DNA of 64,000 nt, taken from the NCBI GenBank assembly GCA_964530945.1, contig CAZHCJ010000001.1:66140-130139 (forward strand), given 5' to 3'. Positions 8,963 through 17,959 of this stretch are shown piece after piece; position 1 is the first letter of the stretch; each line of letters opens with the position of its first letter. Source of the DNA: Candidatus Woesearchaeota archaeon (GTDB taxonomy: Archaea > Nanobdellota > Nanobdellia > Pacearchaeales > GW2011-AR1). The notes beneath the pieces were generated by a model, which saw only the letters and a program-made list of their open reading frames with translations, was not told the origin of the DNA and did not search any database. A program made the translations under genes and the position numbers.

Positions 8963-10027
8963 ATGTTCAAAAAATTCAAAGAGAAATTAGGAAATTGGGC
9001 TAAAAAAGTTAGTAAAGAAACTCAGGAAAAAGAATCTAAAAAACTAAAAGAAATTCCTGATAAAAAGAAAAGCCCAAAAAAAGAAAAGCTCAAACCAAAG
9101 AAATTAATGGTTGAACCCAAAGAAGACGAAAGACAAAGCTTCCTAAAAAAAGTTACGTCTAAGGTTAACAAAATAAAAATCTCTGAAAAAGAATTTGAAA
9201 TTTACAAGGAAGAACTTGAACTTTTGCTTCTTGAAAACAATGTAGCTTTAGAAGTTGCCGAAGAAGTGATAAAGCGACTCAAAGAGCAAATTGTAGGTAA
9301 GGAACTTCTTAAAAAAGAAATTGAATTTGAAATTCGCGATGCCCTGAAAGAAATCATTCGCGAAATTCTTCTTGAACCTTTCGATATAACTGAAAAAATA
9401 AAAGGAAAAAAAGAAGACCAAGCAAAAGAACCTTTCGTCATGCTTTTTTGTGGGGTTAACGGCGTTGGAAAAACCACTGCCATAGCAAAAATCGCGACTT
9501 TTCTCAAAAAACAAGGTTTTAGTTCTGTTCTTGCCGCTTCAGATACTTTCAGAGCAGCAAGCATAGAACAACTAAAAAAACACGCAGACAAAATCGGAGT
9601 AAAAATGATTGCGCAAGAATACGGCTCAGACCCTGCAGCAGTTGGATTTGACGCAATACAACACGCAAAGAAAAACTTCTTAGACGTGGTGTTAATTGAC
9701 ACTGCGGGCAGAATGCACACCTCAAAAAATCTCATGCAAGAAATAGAAAAAATTGCAAGGGTTTGCAAACCTGATTTAAAATTATTCGTGGGAGAAAGCA
9801 TTACTGGAAACGATTCAATAGAACAAGCAAAAAGCTTCGATTGGGCAATCGGAATAGATGGCATAGTTCTAACAAAAGCAGATATCGATGAAAAAGGAGG
9901 TACTGCATTGAGTCTTGGAAAAGCAATAAAAAAACCAATTTTGTTTTTAGGTACAGGGCAGGAGATGGATGATATAATTCCATTCAATAAACAAGAATTT
10001 ATAAAATCCTTAGGACTTGGAGATTAA
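8963..10027 (+). CDS. ftsY: signal recognition particle receptor FtsY
   Basis: SRP-GTPase NG domain: GVNGVGKTT, DTAGR, TKAD and GTGQ motifs. Confidence 0.9.
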   Translation: MFKKFKEKLGNWAKKVSKETQEKESKKLKEIPDKKKSPKKEKLKPKKLMVEPKEDERQSFLKKVTSKVNKIKISEKEFEIYKEELELLLLENNVALEVAEEVIKRLKEQIVGKELLKKEIEFEIRDALKEIIREILLEPFDITEKIKGKKEDQAKEPFVMLFCGVNGVGKTTAIAKIATFLKKQGFSSVLAASDTFRAASIEQLKKHADKIGVKMIAQEYGSDPAAVGFDAIQHAKKNFLDVVLIDTAGRMHTSKNLMQEIEKIARVCKPDLKLFVGESITGNDSIEQAKSFDWAIGIDGIVLTKADIDEKGGTALSLGKAIKKPILFLGTGQEMDDIIPFNKQEFIKSLGLGD

Positions 10028-11302
10028 AATTTTCTTTCTTCTTACTCGTTTAATTTTTTTAACATAATTATCCAATAATTCCCTTTTATCAGGAGAGGCA
10101 AATCCAATAAGTTTTCTATATGTTTCTAAATCACGAATATCCAAATAGTAAACTTTTTTGTATCTTGATTGGGGGTTGAATTGAGATTTTATCTCATTAG
10201 TTTTTATTTTCAAAAAATCCAAGATTTCTTTAATCCCATTAAGAAGATTAAAATTTGCAGAAGTTATTCTAATTGAATGGGAATAAACACTCCCTTCATC
10301 ATCTACAAAAGCCCTTATTCCAAAACATAAATTTTCCTTTGAAATCTGAAACATTTTTTTAGAAATACAACTATCATAACAACCACAATCAACTTCATAA
10401 AAATCTTCAATGACCTTTGCTAAAAGTCTTGTAAATTTAATAGAGTATTCTTGTTCATAAATTGGAACATCTCCGAAGATTTTCAAATCTTCTTTGAATT
10501 CTTCTAAGAGTTCTTTACAAGTATTTCTATACCCTGCATTTTCTCCTTTCTTGCCAGAATAACCATCTCCTAAAAGATGGAATAATAATCTTGTCAATTG
10601 TGGGGATTCTCTAATTGGAAACTTTGGATTTTTTATTGGATTTCCAGCTTGCATTCGGTACATTAAAACTTTCTTTTCTATGTTTTCCATAGAAAATTCT
10701 TCTCTGCCATCTTCAACTAAATATTTAGAAATTAATTTTAATTTGGATAAAGGAATAAACTGAATCCCAACTTTATTTGCTTTGTAATCCTTTTGTTTTC
10801 CTGCAAACCAATAAGATAATCTCGTAGGACTTATATTAATTTTCTTTGCTAATTTTGTTAAAGTTCCAAATAAAGAATAAGCAGATTCTAATAACTCTTT
10901 TCTGTAATTTTCCTCTAAAAAAATAAAAGTTTCATCAGGAAAATTATTTAAAGTAATTCCCTTGAAATCTCTTTTGTTTGTAAGTTCTTTTGCCCAATTA
11001 GAACCATATTTTTTCTTTAAAACAGAATAAGATTTTTTCATATACTCCCTTCTTATTTGTTTTATAGTTCCAGAATAAATTACCTTCGGAAATTCAACAT
11101 TTAAATAAACAACTATTTTAATCAAAATTTCCTTAGGAATATGCCTAACAACACCCCTTTTATATTTGCTCAAAGCAGATTTTGTAATTTCAAGATATTC
11201 ACTCGCTTTACTAAAATCTCCTTTAAACTTTTTAATAAAATTCTTGAAAATTTCTTTTTGTAATTTCTCATCAATTTTAATTCTAATCTTTTCTTTATTC
11301 AT
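10010..11302 (-). CDS. free-standing LAGLIDADG-family endonuclease with N-terminal HTH DNA-binding modules
   Basis: Two dodecapeptide motifs (LLFHLLGDGYSG and GIRAFVDDEGSVYSH) in the C-terminal half; HTH-like segments (LAKKINISPTRLSYWFAG) in the N-terminal half; own AT-rich upstream region. Confidence 0.7.
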   Translation of the reverse strand: MNKEKIRIKIDEKLQKEIFKNFIKKFKGDFSKASEYLEITKSALSKYKRGVVRHIPKEILIKIVVYLNVEFPKVIYSGTIKQIRREYMKKSYSVLKKKYGSNWAKELTNKRDFKGITLNNFPDETFIFLEENYRKELLESAYSLFGTLTKLAKKINISPTRLSYWFAGKQKDYKANKVGIQFIPLSKLKLISKYLVEDGREEFSMENIEKKVLMYRMQAGNPIKNPKFPIRESPQLTRLLFHLLGDGYSGKKGENAGYRNTCKELLEEFKEDLKIFGDVPIYEQEYSIKFTRLLAKVIEDFYEVDCGCYDSCISKKMFQISKENLCFGIRAFVDDEGSVYSHSIRITSANFNLLNGIKEILDFLKIKTNEIKSQFNPQSRYKKVYYLDIRDLETYRKLIGFASPDKRELLDNYVKKIKRVRRKKILISKS

Positions 11303-11411
11303 TTTATATACCTATGAAATAATATACTTTATTAGTAATTAAACTACTTAAATGTTTCTATTATAAAATAATATACAAAAGATTTATATACTATAGAAGA
11401 ATATATTATAT

Positions 11412-11672
11412 ATGGCAATAATAGAAGTAAAGAAAAAAGGATTTAAATGTGAAAGATGCAAACACGAATGGATTCCTCATAATATAAAAAACAAACCAAC
11501 GGTATGCCCAAAATGCAAAAGTCCATACTGGGATAAGCCTAGAGGGAGTAAATTAAAATATAAATGGGAATGCCCAAAATGTTCAAAAATAATTAGAGCT
11601 AATTCTAAAAATACCTTAATACTAAGTAAGAATTTACATTTAAAAAAACATGAAATGAAAGATAAGAATTAA
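11412..11672 (+). CDS. small zinc-ribbon protein (two CxxC pairs, duplicated)
   Basis: CERC...CPKC and CPKC motifs in 86 aa. Confidence 0.45.
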   Translation: MAIIEVKKKGFKCERCKHEWIPHNIKNKPTVCPKCKSPYWDKPRGSKLKYKWECPKCSKIIRANSKNTLILSKNLHLKKHEMKDKN

Positions 11673-11859
11673 TTAATTATTTCTTTTTTTCAAATCTTGC
11701 ACAAATATAAAAAGCTATACTCAAGCCAATAAAAATAACAAAAAGAAATGCAGATGCTCTACTTACTAAAATAAGGATGTTATTTAAAGAGGAAACAATT
11801 CCTAATGATAAATTCCAAAAAAAGAAAATATAATGAGATAATTAAAAAAGAATTTATTA

Positions 11860-12252
11860 ATGGCTTTTTATTGGTGGATTAAGAAATTAACCAAAATGAA
11901 CCCCCTAAACAAAAACCAACTCAGAAAAATACTCTCAACCGCAATTTTTATGGCAATAGGTTTACTTTTATTCAAATATCTTCCAATGCATATTTATGGA
12001 AAAGGCATTTTGTTTGATGCTTCCCAACACGTCACAGTAACTATATTCGTACTTTAGATGGTTTGGTTTTTTGTTAAAGGCAATAAAAAGCTTAGACTTC
12101 CTTATTATATTTTTTCATCAGCCATGGTAATCATAATCTCAATCCAGAGAATTTTTGTGCAAGCACACAACGAAACCGGAATACTTCTCGGAGTAGGAAT
12201 AAGCGCCCTTTCTATTCTTGCTGCAGAAAAATCTTTCAGTTTAAAAAATTAA
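11860..12252 (+). pseudogene. membrane protein reading frame interrupted by an in-frame TAG (ORFs 11860-12057 and 12058-12252), or two small adjacent genes
   Basis: Both ORFs share one frame and are separated only by TAG at 12055-12057, with hydrophobic helices on both sides. TAG is a genuine stop elsewhere in the window. Confidence 0.3.
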
Positions 12253-12350
12253 AGTTCATCAAAATCTCTGCAATTACAATGTTCTTCACAGCCACCGCAA
12301 CGCGCGCAATCCACATCGCGCCCACAATTTGGACATTTTTGATTCATCAT
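12249..12350 (-). CDS. Cys-rich micro-protein (33 aa, 8 Cys; MMNQKCPNCGRDVDCARCGGCEEHCNCRDFDEL)
   Basis: Hand-translated minus-strand ORF in the gap between convergent genes. Its local GC spike comes from Cys/Arg/Gly codons. It could instead be a terminator-like GCGCG...CGCGC hairpin. Confidence 0.25.
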   Translation of the reverse strand: MMNQKCPNCGRDVDCARCGGCEEHCNCRDFDEL

Positions 12351-12354
12351 GAAA

Positions 12355-12990
12355 TTATTTTGATTTCTTCTTGACTTTTTTAGTTATTTTCCTAAAAATC
12401 AAATCTTTATGCGTTTTCAAATAAACAAAAGCAATTGTTGAACTAATCAGTGCGCCAAGAACATCCACAATCAAATCACTCATAGTATCCAACAATCCAG
12501 ACTTTTGCATATTCAATCCAAAAAAAGAATCCATAGAAAATTCAAATATTTCCCAAACCACACCTATGGCAATAGCAAATGAAAACGAAAAAATTGCGAG
12601 AGCCCACGGCCTGGCTTTAAGTTCATGTCTATTAACCATAAAATACAAAATGGTAAAACCGATAAAACCAAATATCAAAGCAGAAAAACCATGCAAAAGA
12701 ATATCCCACCACCAAAAACGGAGGTAAAAATCTTGAACTTCTCCCAAAAACAAAGTTGCATAGATAAACAAAATTATGACTATCTCTATCTCTGTAGGTA
12801 AAACAAGTTTCAAACGACGAACAAAAAAAGGTATTAAAACCAATCCAAACGTCAAAATTGAAACGAACAATGTGAGGTAATTTTCTGTATAAATCGAAAC
12901 AACTATTGCATAAACAAGAGAAACCATAATCAATCCGATGACAAAAAAATAAAAGTTTTTCGTGCTTTTAAAATACCTCTTTTTTAACAT
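12355..12990 (-). CDS. polytopic membrane protein (WWDILLHG...VWEIFEF motifs), unknown family
   Basis: 211 aa with ~6 hydrophobic helices and a Lys-rich C-terminal tail. Confidence 0.55.
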   Translation of the reverse strand: MLKKRYFKSTKNFYFFVIGLIMVSLVYAIVVSIYTENYLTLFVSILTFGLVLIPFFVRRLKLVLPTEIEIVIILFIYATLFLGEVQDFYLRFWWWDILLHGFSALIFGFIGFTILYFMVNRHELKARPWALAIFSFSFAIAIGVVWEIFEFSMDSFFGLNMQKSGLLDTMSDLIVDVLGALISSTIAFVYLKTHKDLIFRKITKKVKKKSK

Positions 12991-13028
12991 CCTAAAAACA
13001 AGTTAAATAAGCTTAAAAATCTTTCAAA

Positions 13029-13514
13029 TCAAAGCAAATCATAATACTCAAATTTGTATGTTTTCAATACAAGTAGTCCTTTCCATTCCAGAATAAGCTC
13101 TTTGAATTTTTGCCTAATTTTTGTAGACATTGTTTCAAGTTCTTCACTATCTTTAGCAATTAAAACACAAGTAAAATCGTAATCCCCCATTACCGCCAAC
13201 AATTCCGTGCAACGTTTATGGTTTTGTAAATACTTGATGAACTTCTCTCTTTCTTCTGTTGAAACATTCTTTAATTTTATTTTTATATCTGCAATCAAAG
13301 GATAGCCAATAACACGTGGATCAATCAAAATAGTAGAATAAAAAACTCCTTTCCGTTTCATCTCCTTTATTCTTTTGTGTGTAGTATCGATAGTTAAATT
13401 GACTTTCTTAGAAATATTTTTCAAAGTATCTCTTCCGTTATGCTGCAAAGCCATCAAAATCTTTTTATCCTTTTCATCCAAAACTCTCGATTTAAGTGCT
13501 TGTTTAACTGGCAT
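13029..13514 (-). CDS. Lrp/AsnC family transcriptional regulator
   Basis: HTH_AsnC segment (DEKDKKILMALQHNGRDTLKNISKKVNLTIDTTHKRIKEMK) followed by a RAM domain. The likely start is the internal Met, giving ~160 aa. Confidence 0.8.
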   Translation of the reverse strand: MPVKQALKSRVLDEKDKKILMALQHNGRDTLKNISKKVNLTIDTTHKRIKEMKRKGVFYSTILIDPRVIGYPLIADIKIKLKNVSTEEREKFIKYLQNHKRCTELLAVMGDYDFTCVLIAKDSEELETMSTKIRQKFKELILEWKGLLVLKTYKFEYYDLL

Positions 13515-13658
13515 ATTAGGAATAATTAAGACATTATTATAAATATATCGATTTATTAAGGCTTTCTCTAGAAAAAACATATAAACCCTTTTATACACCT
13601 TATTATAACTAAATTACTACTAAAGAATAACAAAATAGTGTAAGGAGGTAAAAACAAA

Positions 13659-14063
13659 ATGAAAACATATCACGAAAAATCGGGATTTATCGAGCCTGAA
13701 ATAGTAGAAATTAATCCTACCCCAAAAGAGAAATTACAAGATTTAGAAAATCTTACTCTTGAAGGCGATGCTCCAATAAAGAGAGTGTTACTATTTACTG
13801 GGAATTTGCCTGCAGATAGGTATACTCGAGTACATCCCTGCCAAGGAGAAGGAAAAGTAAAAGGGTTCTCTTTCGGCAAAATGGGGCATGCGAAAAACCC
13901 TAGGATGTCTATTAATGTAGATTTAGAAAGAGAGAAGGCATTTATTGAAATGGATGGATCTAGAAGCTATAAGGTTTACTTCAATCCCTTGAATGAGGGC
14001 GTTGAAGAGAATTATACATATCATTTGAGTATTGGAAATCTTAATAGAAGAGAGCAAAAATAA
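13659..14063 (+). CDS. hypothetical protein
   Basis: 134-aa ORF preceded by a strong GGAGG Shine-Dalgarno, divergent from the Lrp gene. Confidence 0.5.
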   Translation: MKTYHEKSGFIEPEIVEINPTPKEKLQDLENLTLEGDAPIKRVLLFTGNLPADRYTRVHPCQGEGKVKGFSFGKMGHAKNPRMSINVDLEREKAFIEMDGSRSYKVYFNPLNEGVEENYTYHLSIGNLNRREQK

Positions 14064-14145
14064 TTTTGAATATCTCTCTTTCATTTTTTATTTTTAATTT
14101 CTTTCAAACCATAAATTTATTAACCAACATTCTGCTTTTCATTGT

Positions 14146-15534
14146 ATGCTTAAAAAACTCTCGGAAACACTAAAAAAAGCAACAGATAAAATCTCGAATG
14201 CGATTTTCATAGATAAAAATCTCATTGATAGTATAGTTCTTGAGTTGCAACGTGCTTTGATTGAAGCAGACGTTAGCGTTCCTCTTGTAAAAAAGCTCAC
14301 TGACAAAATAAAAAAAGCCGCGCTTAACGAACGCATCAAAGGCATAGACAAGAAAGAACACTTGATAAAACTTCTTCATGACGAACTAGTAAATATTCTC
14401 GGAAATAAAAAAAGCCAAAAAACACTTAAGCTTAAATCTGGAAAAACCCAAAATAGAATAATGTTTGTAGGGCTATACGGTACGGGAAAAACAACCACTA
14501 TAGGAAAACTAGGGAACTATTTTTCAAAACGCGGGCACAAAACAGGGATTATAGGTTTGGATGTCCACCGTCCTGCAGCTCCAGAACAACTTAAACAAAC
14601 TGCAGAAAAACACAACTTAAACGTATTTGTTGATTTGGAAGAAAAAGACGCTCTCAAAATATGGAAAGACAATGAAAAAAATCTTAAAGATTTCCCAGTG
14701 GTTTTGATTGATACGGCCGGTCGCCATACTCTTGACAAAGAACTTGTTAAAGAAATAAAAACACTCAACAAAGAAATTCGTCCTACAGAGATAATTCTTG
14801 TCATGCCTGCAGATATCGGCCAAGCTGCAAAACGCCAAGCCCAAGAGTTCAAAAAGGCATTAGATATCACGGGAGTCATAATTACACGTATGGATTCCAG
14901 CGCAAAAGGCGGAGGAGCGTTAACCGCTTGCAATGAGGTCCAAGCCCCAGTATATTTCATAACAACAGGAGAAAATATAAATGACATAGAACCATTCAAT
15001 CCAGAAAGTTTTCTTTCCCGACTTTTAGGAATGGGTGACTTAAATACTTTGATGGAAAAGATTCGTTCTGTAACAGAGGAAAAAGATCAAGAAAAAATTC
15101 AGGAAGAATTAGAATCAGGAAAATTAAGTTTAGAAAGTGTTATCGAACAGGTCAAATCGATGAATTCGATGGGAGGTTTTTCAAAAATAAAAGGAATGAT
15201 TCCTGGTTTTGCGAATGTTCAAGGGAAAGTTTCAGAAACTGTTTTGGAAAAGCAAGAATCTAAAATATCTAAGTGGGAACATATCTTAAAATCAATGACT
15301 CCCGAAGAAAAATCAAATCCAGAGTTGTTAGAAAAGCAAACCTCAAGAATAAAACGTATTGCAACAGGCGCAGGCGTAAACACCAGCGACGTTCGTTCAT
15401 TATTAAAACAACACAAACTTCTAAATGAAATGATTCAAACCAGCCAAGATTTTGATATGTCCAGTGGTTTAAGTCAAAAACAGATGCAAAAGCTTGTGAA
15501 GAAACTTGGAAAAGGTAAAAAAATACGATTCTGA
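14146..15534 (+). CDS. srp54: signal recognition particle protein SRP54
   Basis: N domain, then a G domain with GLYGTGKTTT and DTAGRH, then a Met-rich M domain. Confidence 0.9.
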   Translation: MLKKLSETLKKATDKISNAIFIDKNLIDSIVLELQRALIEADVSVPLVKKLTDKIKKAALNERIKGIDKKEHLIKLLHDELVNILGNKKSQKTLKLKSGKTQNRIMFVGLYGTGKTTTIGKLGNYFSKRGHKTGIIGLDVHRPAAPEQLKQTAEKHNLNVFVDLEEKDALKIWKDNEKNLKDFPVVLIDTAGRHTLDKELVKEIKTLNKEIRPTEIILVMPADIGQAAKRQAQEFKKALDITGVIITRMDSSAKGGGALTACNEVQAPVYFITTGENINDIEPFNPESFLSRLLGMGDLNTLMEKIRSVTEEKDQEKIQEELESGKLSLESVIEQVKSMNSMGGFSKIKGMIPGFANVQGKVSETVLEKQESKISKWEHILKSMTPEEKSNPELLEKQTSRIKRIATGAGVNTSDVRSLLKQHKLLNEMIQTSQDFDMSSGLSQKQMQKLVKKLGKGKKIRF

Positions 15535-15994
15535 CATCAAATTTAAAAATACATTAAACAATAAAATTAAACAAATGGAACACAAAAAGAAATATAATGC
15601 ACTTTTAGTTCTGACAGTAATCTCTCTAGCTGCATCTCTCATCTTGTCATTTGCTCCTGCCTCGGAAGCCTGTGCAATCGGAGAAATAAATGAAGGAGGA
15701 TGCCTTGGAGTGAAAAGCTCCAATTACAATTACACCTTGGGCCTTCAAAATAGCTATTACGGCATTGCAATATTTATTATCCTCACACTAATGATTTACT
15801 CCCAACTCAAAAATCCGGCAAAAACCAAAGAGAAATACATCAATATAGCAATAACCATTGGAGCAATAATAGCAATATACTTCCTCTTACTTCAAATGTT
15901 TGTGATAAAGGATTTCTGCCAATATTGTTTAATCGTTGACTTCAGTTTACTAATTTCCCTAGGAATCATCATAGCAGATAAAAAACTAAAATGA
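15506..15994 (+). CDS. VKOR/DsbB-like thiol-disulfide oxidoreductase membrane protein
   Basis: 162 aa, 4-5 TM helices, loop Cys pair (ACAIGEINEGGC) and an intramembrane CxxC (FCQYCL) characteristic of the VKOR family. Overlaps srp54 by 29 nt and bud32 by 4 nt. Confidence 0.55.
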   Translation: MEKVKKYDSDIKFKNTLNNKIKQMEHKKKYNALLVLTVISLAASLILSFAPASEACAIGEINEGGCLGVKSSNYNYTLGLQNSYYGIAIFIILTLMIYSQLKNPAKTKEKYINIAITIGAIIAIYFLLLQMFVIKDFCQYCLIVDFSLLISLGIIIADKKLK

Positions 15995-16614
15995 GAGAGA
16001 AAATCCTCCAACAAGGAGCAGAAGCAATAATTGTCCGCAAAAACAATTTAGTCATTAAAAAACGTTTAAAAAAATCGTATAGGCTCAACGAAATTGATGA
16101 GCGCATACGAAAACTCAGAACTCGTGGCGAAGGCAAAATGTTAAAGCGCGCTCACGAAGTCGTATGTGTTCCAGAGATAAGGAAAATTGATGAGCGCTCA
16201 AAAGAAATTTTTATGAATTTCGTTCAAGGAAAAAAACTTTCTGAATATCTAAACGGCTTTACATTAAAAAAGCAAAAAACCCTTTGTAAAAAACTTGGCG
16301 AAGAAGTTGCAAAGCTGCACCAAAAAAACCTCATCCACGGAGACCTAACAACAAGCAACTTAATTTTCAAGGAAAAAGAAAACAAAATCTACTTTATTGA
16401 TTTTGGTCTTGGTTTCCATAGCAAAAAAACCGAAGACAAAGCCGTGGATCTACATCTCCTAAGACAAGCACTTGAAGCAAAACATTTTCAGCACTGGAAA
16501 GAACTTTTTAAAGAAATCATTAAGGGCTATTCTAAAAACCACGAAGATGCAAAAGAAATTTTAAAACGCCTAAAACGCGTCGAGTCTAGAGGAAGATACA
16601 AAGGCGGATACTAA
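15991..16614 (+). CDS. bud32: KEOPS complex kinase Bud32 (Kae1-associated kinase)
   Basis: Small atypical kinase with QGAEAII, a HGDLTTSN catalytic loop and IDFGL. Confidence 0.8.
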   Translation: MREKILQQGAEAIIVRKNNLVIKKRLKKSYRLNEIDERIRKLRTRGEGKMLKRAHEVVCVPEIRKIDERSKEIFMNFVQGKKLSEYLNGFTLKKQKTLCKKLGEEVAKLHQKNLIHGDLTTSNLIFKEKENKIYFIDFGLGFHSKKTEDKAVDLHLLRQALEAKHFQHWKELFKEIIKGYSKNHEDAKEILKRLKRVESRGRYKGGY

Positions 16615-16656
16615 CAACTAAAACCTTATAAATTAAATTTCTCTTTAAAATCTAAG

Positions 16657-16729
16657 AGCCCTGTAGTACAGCGGTCAAGTATACGGCCCTTTGGAGGCCG
16701 GGACCCAGGTTCGAATCCTGGCAGGGCTA
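16657..16729 (+). tRNA. tRNA-Gln (anticodon UUG)
   Basis: Cloverleaf: A1-U72 acceptor AGCCCUG/CAGGGCU (typical of archaeal tRNA-Gln), anticodon stem CGGCC/GGCCG with loop CUUUGGA, T-arm CCAGG-UUCGAAU-CCUGG. Confidence 0.8.
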
Positions 16730-16813
16730 TATTCGAATCTAAAAAGTTCGAATCACTTCAAGATTCGCATCTTGAATGTCCCAAAAAACTTGTTTTCTGA
16801 GCTAACAGGACCA

Positions 16814-17122
16814 TTACAATTCTTGAATCAAAATTGCAACTAGCAAAACAATCCACGGCAAGAGAACCCTCACAAAAAAGAAAACAACTTCTTTATTTGG
16901 TTTAACACCAAAAACTTCTAAAGCATAATTCCAGAAAGAAGTAGGTTTAGATTTCCCAAATTCTTTTATGCTCAAGAGACAATCTCCAAAAAGAGCCAAT
17001 TGAATGTAAAACAAAATAACCAAAATAAGAATAATTTTCCAACTCAGAAAAAACGGCGAAATCAAAAACAATAAAATAATAATCAAATGCAACCAAAAAT
17101 AAAAGGGTTTTTTGACTTTCAC
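16814..17122 (-). CDS. small membrane protein
   Basis: 102 aa with 3 hydrophobic helices. Confidence 0.4.
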   Translation of the reverse strand: MKVKKPFYFWLHLIIILLFLISPFFLSWKIILILVILFYIQLALFGDCLLSIKEFGKSKPTSFWNYALEVFGVKPNKEVVFFFVRVLLPWIVLLVAILIQEL

Positions 17123-17131
17123 ATTCTATTA

Positions 17132-17926
17132 TTATGCAAAAGCTCTCTTGTAGAAAATTTGTCTATTTATCTCTTGCTTCTTAGGTTTAATCTTTTTAAA
17201 AATGTCTCTTATACGGGTAGGGTCATAATTTACTCCAGAAAGCGAAGCGGCAAGTTTCTTGATTTCAATGCTTCCATTGGAGTTTGGCTTATGGCTCGTG
17301 TATGGCTCCATATAAGACAGGGCACGTCCAAAATCTTTGTCATAAGGAACAACTGCCAAAACCGGCATTTCTAAAGTTTCTTCGACATCGTCTAAAGAAC
17401 TTTCAAAGCTCTTTCCATGAACCTTGTTAATGATAATTCCATTTATCTCTGTGCCTCTCTGTTTTGCAAGTTTGACTGCTTTTATCGTTGTGCTAAGAGT
17501 CGCATGGTCTGGCGTGGTTACAACAAAAATTTCGTCTGAAGCAAGTAACACTGATAATGTTTCTTCATTCAACGCGGGAGACGAATCAACCAAAATTACA
17601 TCATACTTTTTCTTCAAATGCCTAATTTTATTTTTAAGTTTCAAAGGGCTAACTTTTTCTTTTGAAAAGATGCCTGCAGGTAAAACATGCAAACCTTCAT
17701 ATTCATAAATAGCATCCGCCACATTATATTTTCTATTTAAAACATCATGCAAAGTAACCTCTGGATCTATAATATTCAAATGCAAGCCCAAATTAGGCGC
17801 CGATAAATTGCCATCAACAAGTAAAACCTTTTTCCCAAAGTCACGTAAAGCAGCCCCCAAAGAAGCCACCGTCGTAGTTTTACCTACACCTCCTTTTAGG
17901 CTAACAATGCCTATTATTTTTCCCAT
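17132..17926 (-). CDS. minD: MinD/ParA-family P-loop ATPase
   Basis: Deviant Walker A (SLKGGVGKTTT), DSSP (DSSPALN) and overall MinD-like length. Confidence 0.8.
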   Translation of the reverse strand: MGKIIGIVSLKGGVGKTTTVASLGAALRDFGKKVLLVDGNLSAPNLGLHLNIIDPEVTLHDVLNRKYNVADAIYEYEGLHVLPAGIFSKEKVSPLKLKNKIRHLKKKYDVILVDSSPALNEETLSVLLASDEIFVVTTPDHATLSTTIKAVKLAKQRGTEINGIIINKVHGKSFESSLDDVEETLEMPVLAVVPYDKDFGRALSYMEPYTSHKPNSNGSIEIKKLAASLSGVNYDPTRIRDIFKKIKPKKQEINRQIFYKRAFA

Positions 17927-17959
17927 TGAAGAAAATAAGTAACGAGTATTTTAAAATCT

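Noticed and set aside
9202-9987. 261-aa ORF antisense to ftsY (and similar antisense ORFs 14517-14999 in srp54, 21409-21876 in the RecJ-like gene, 8396-8896 in apgM)
   Set aside because: They are fully contained within strongly supported genes on the opposite strand, with low-complexity Ser/Phe/Leu-rich translations typical of antisense frames.
11860-12252. Possibility that TAG is recoded (for example as pyrrolysine or a sense codon) given in-frame TAGs here and at 47600-48370
   Set aside because: TAG terminates confidently identified genes in the window (apgM at 7570 and the RecJ-like gene at 22144). Normal stop usage is therefore the simplest reading.
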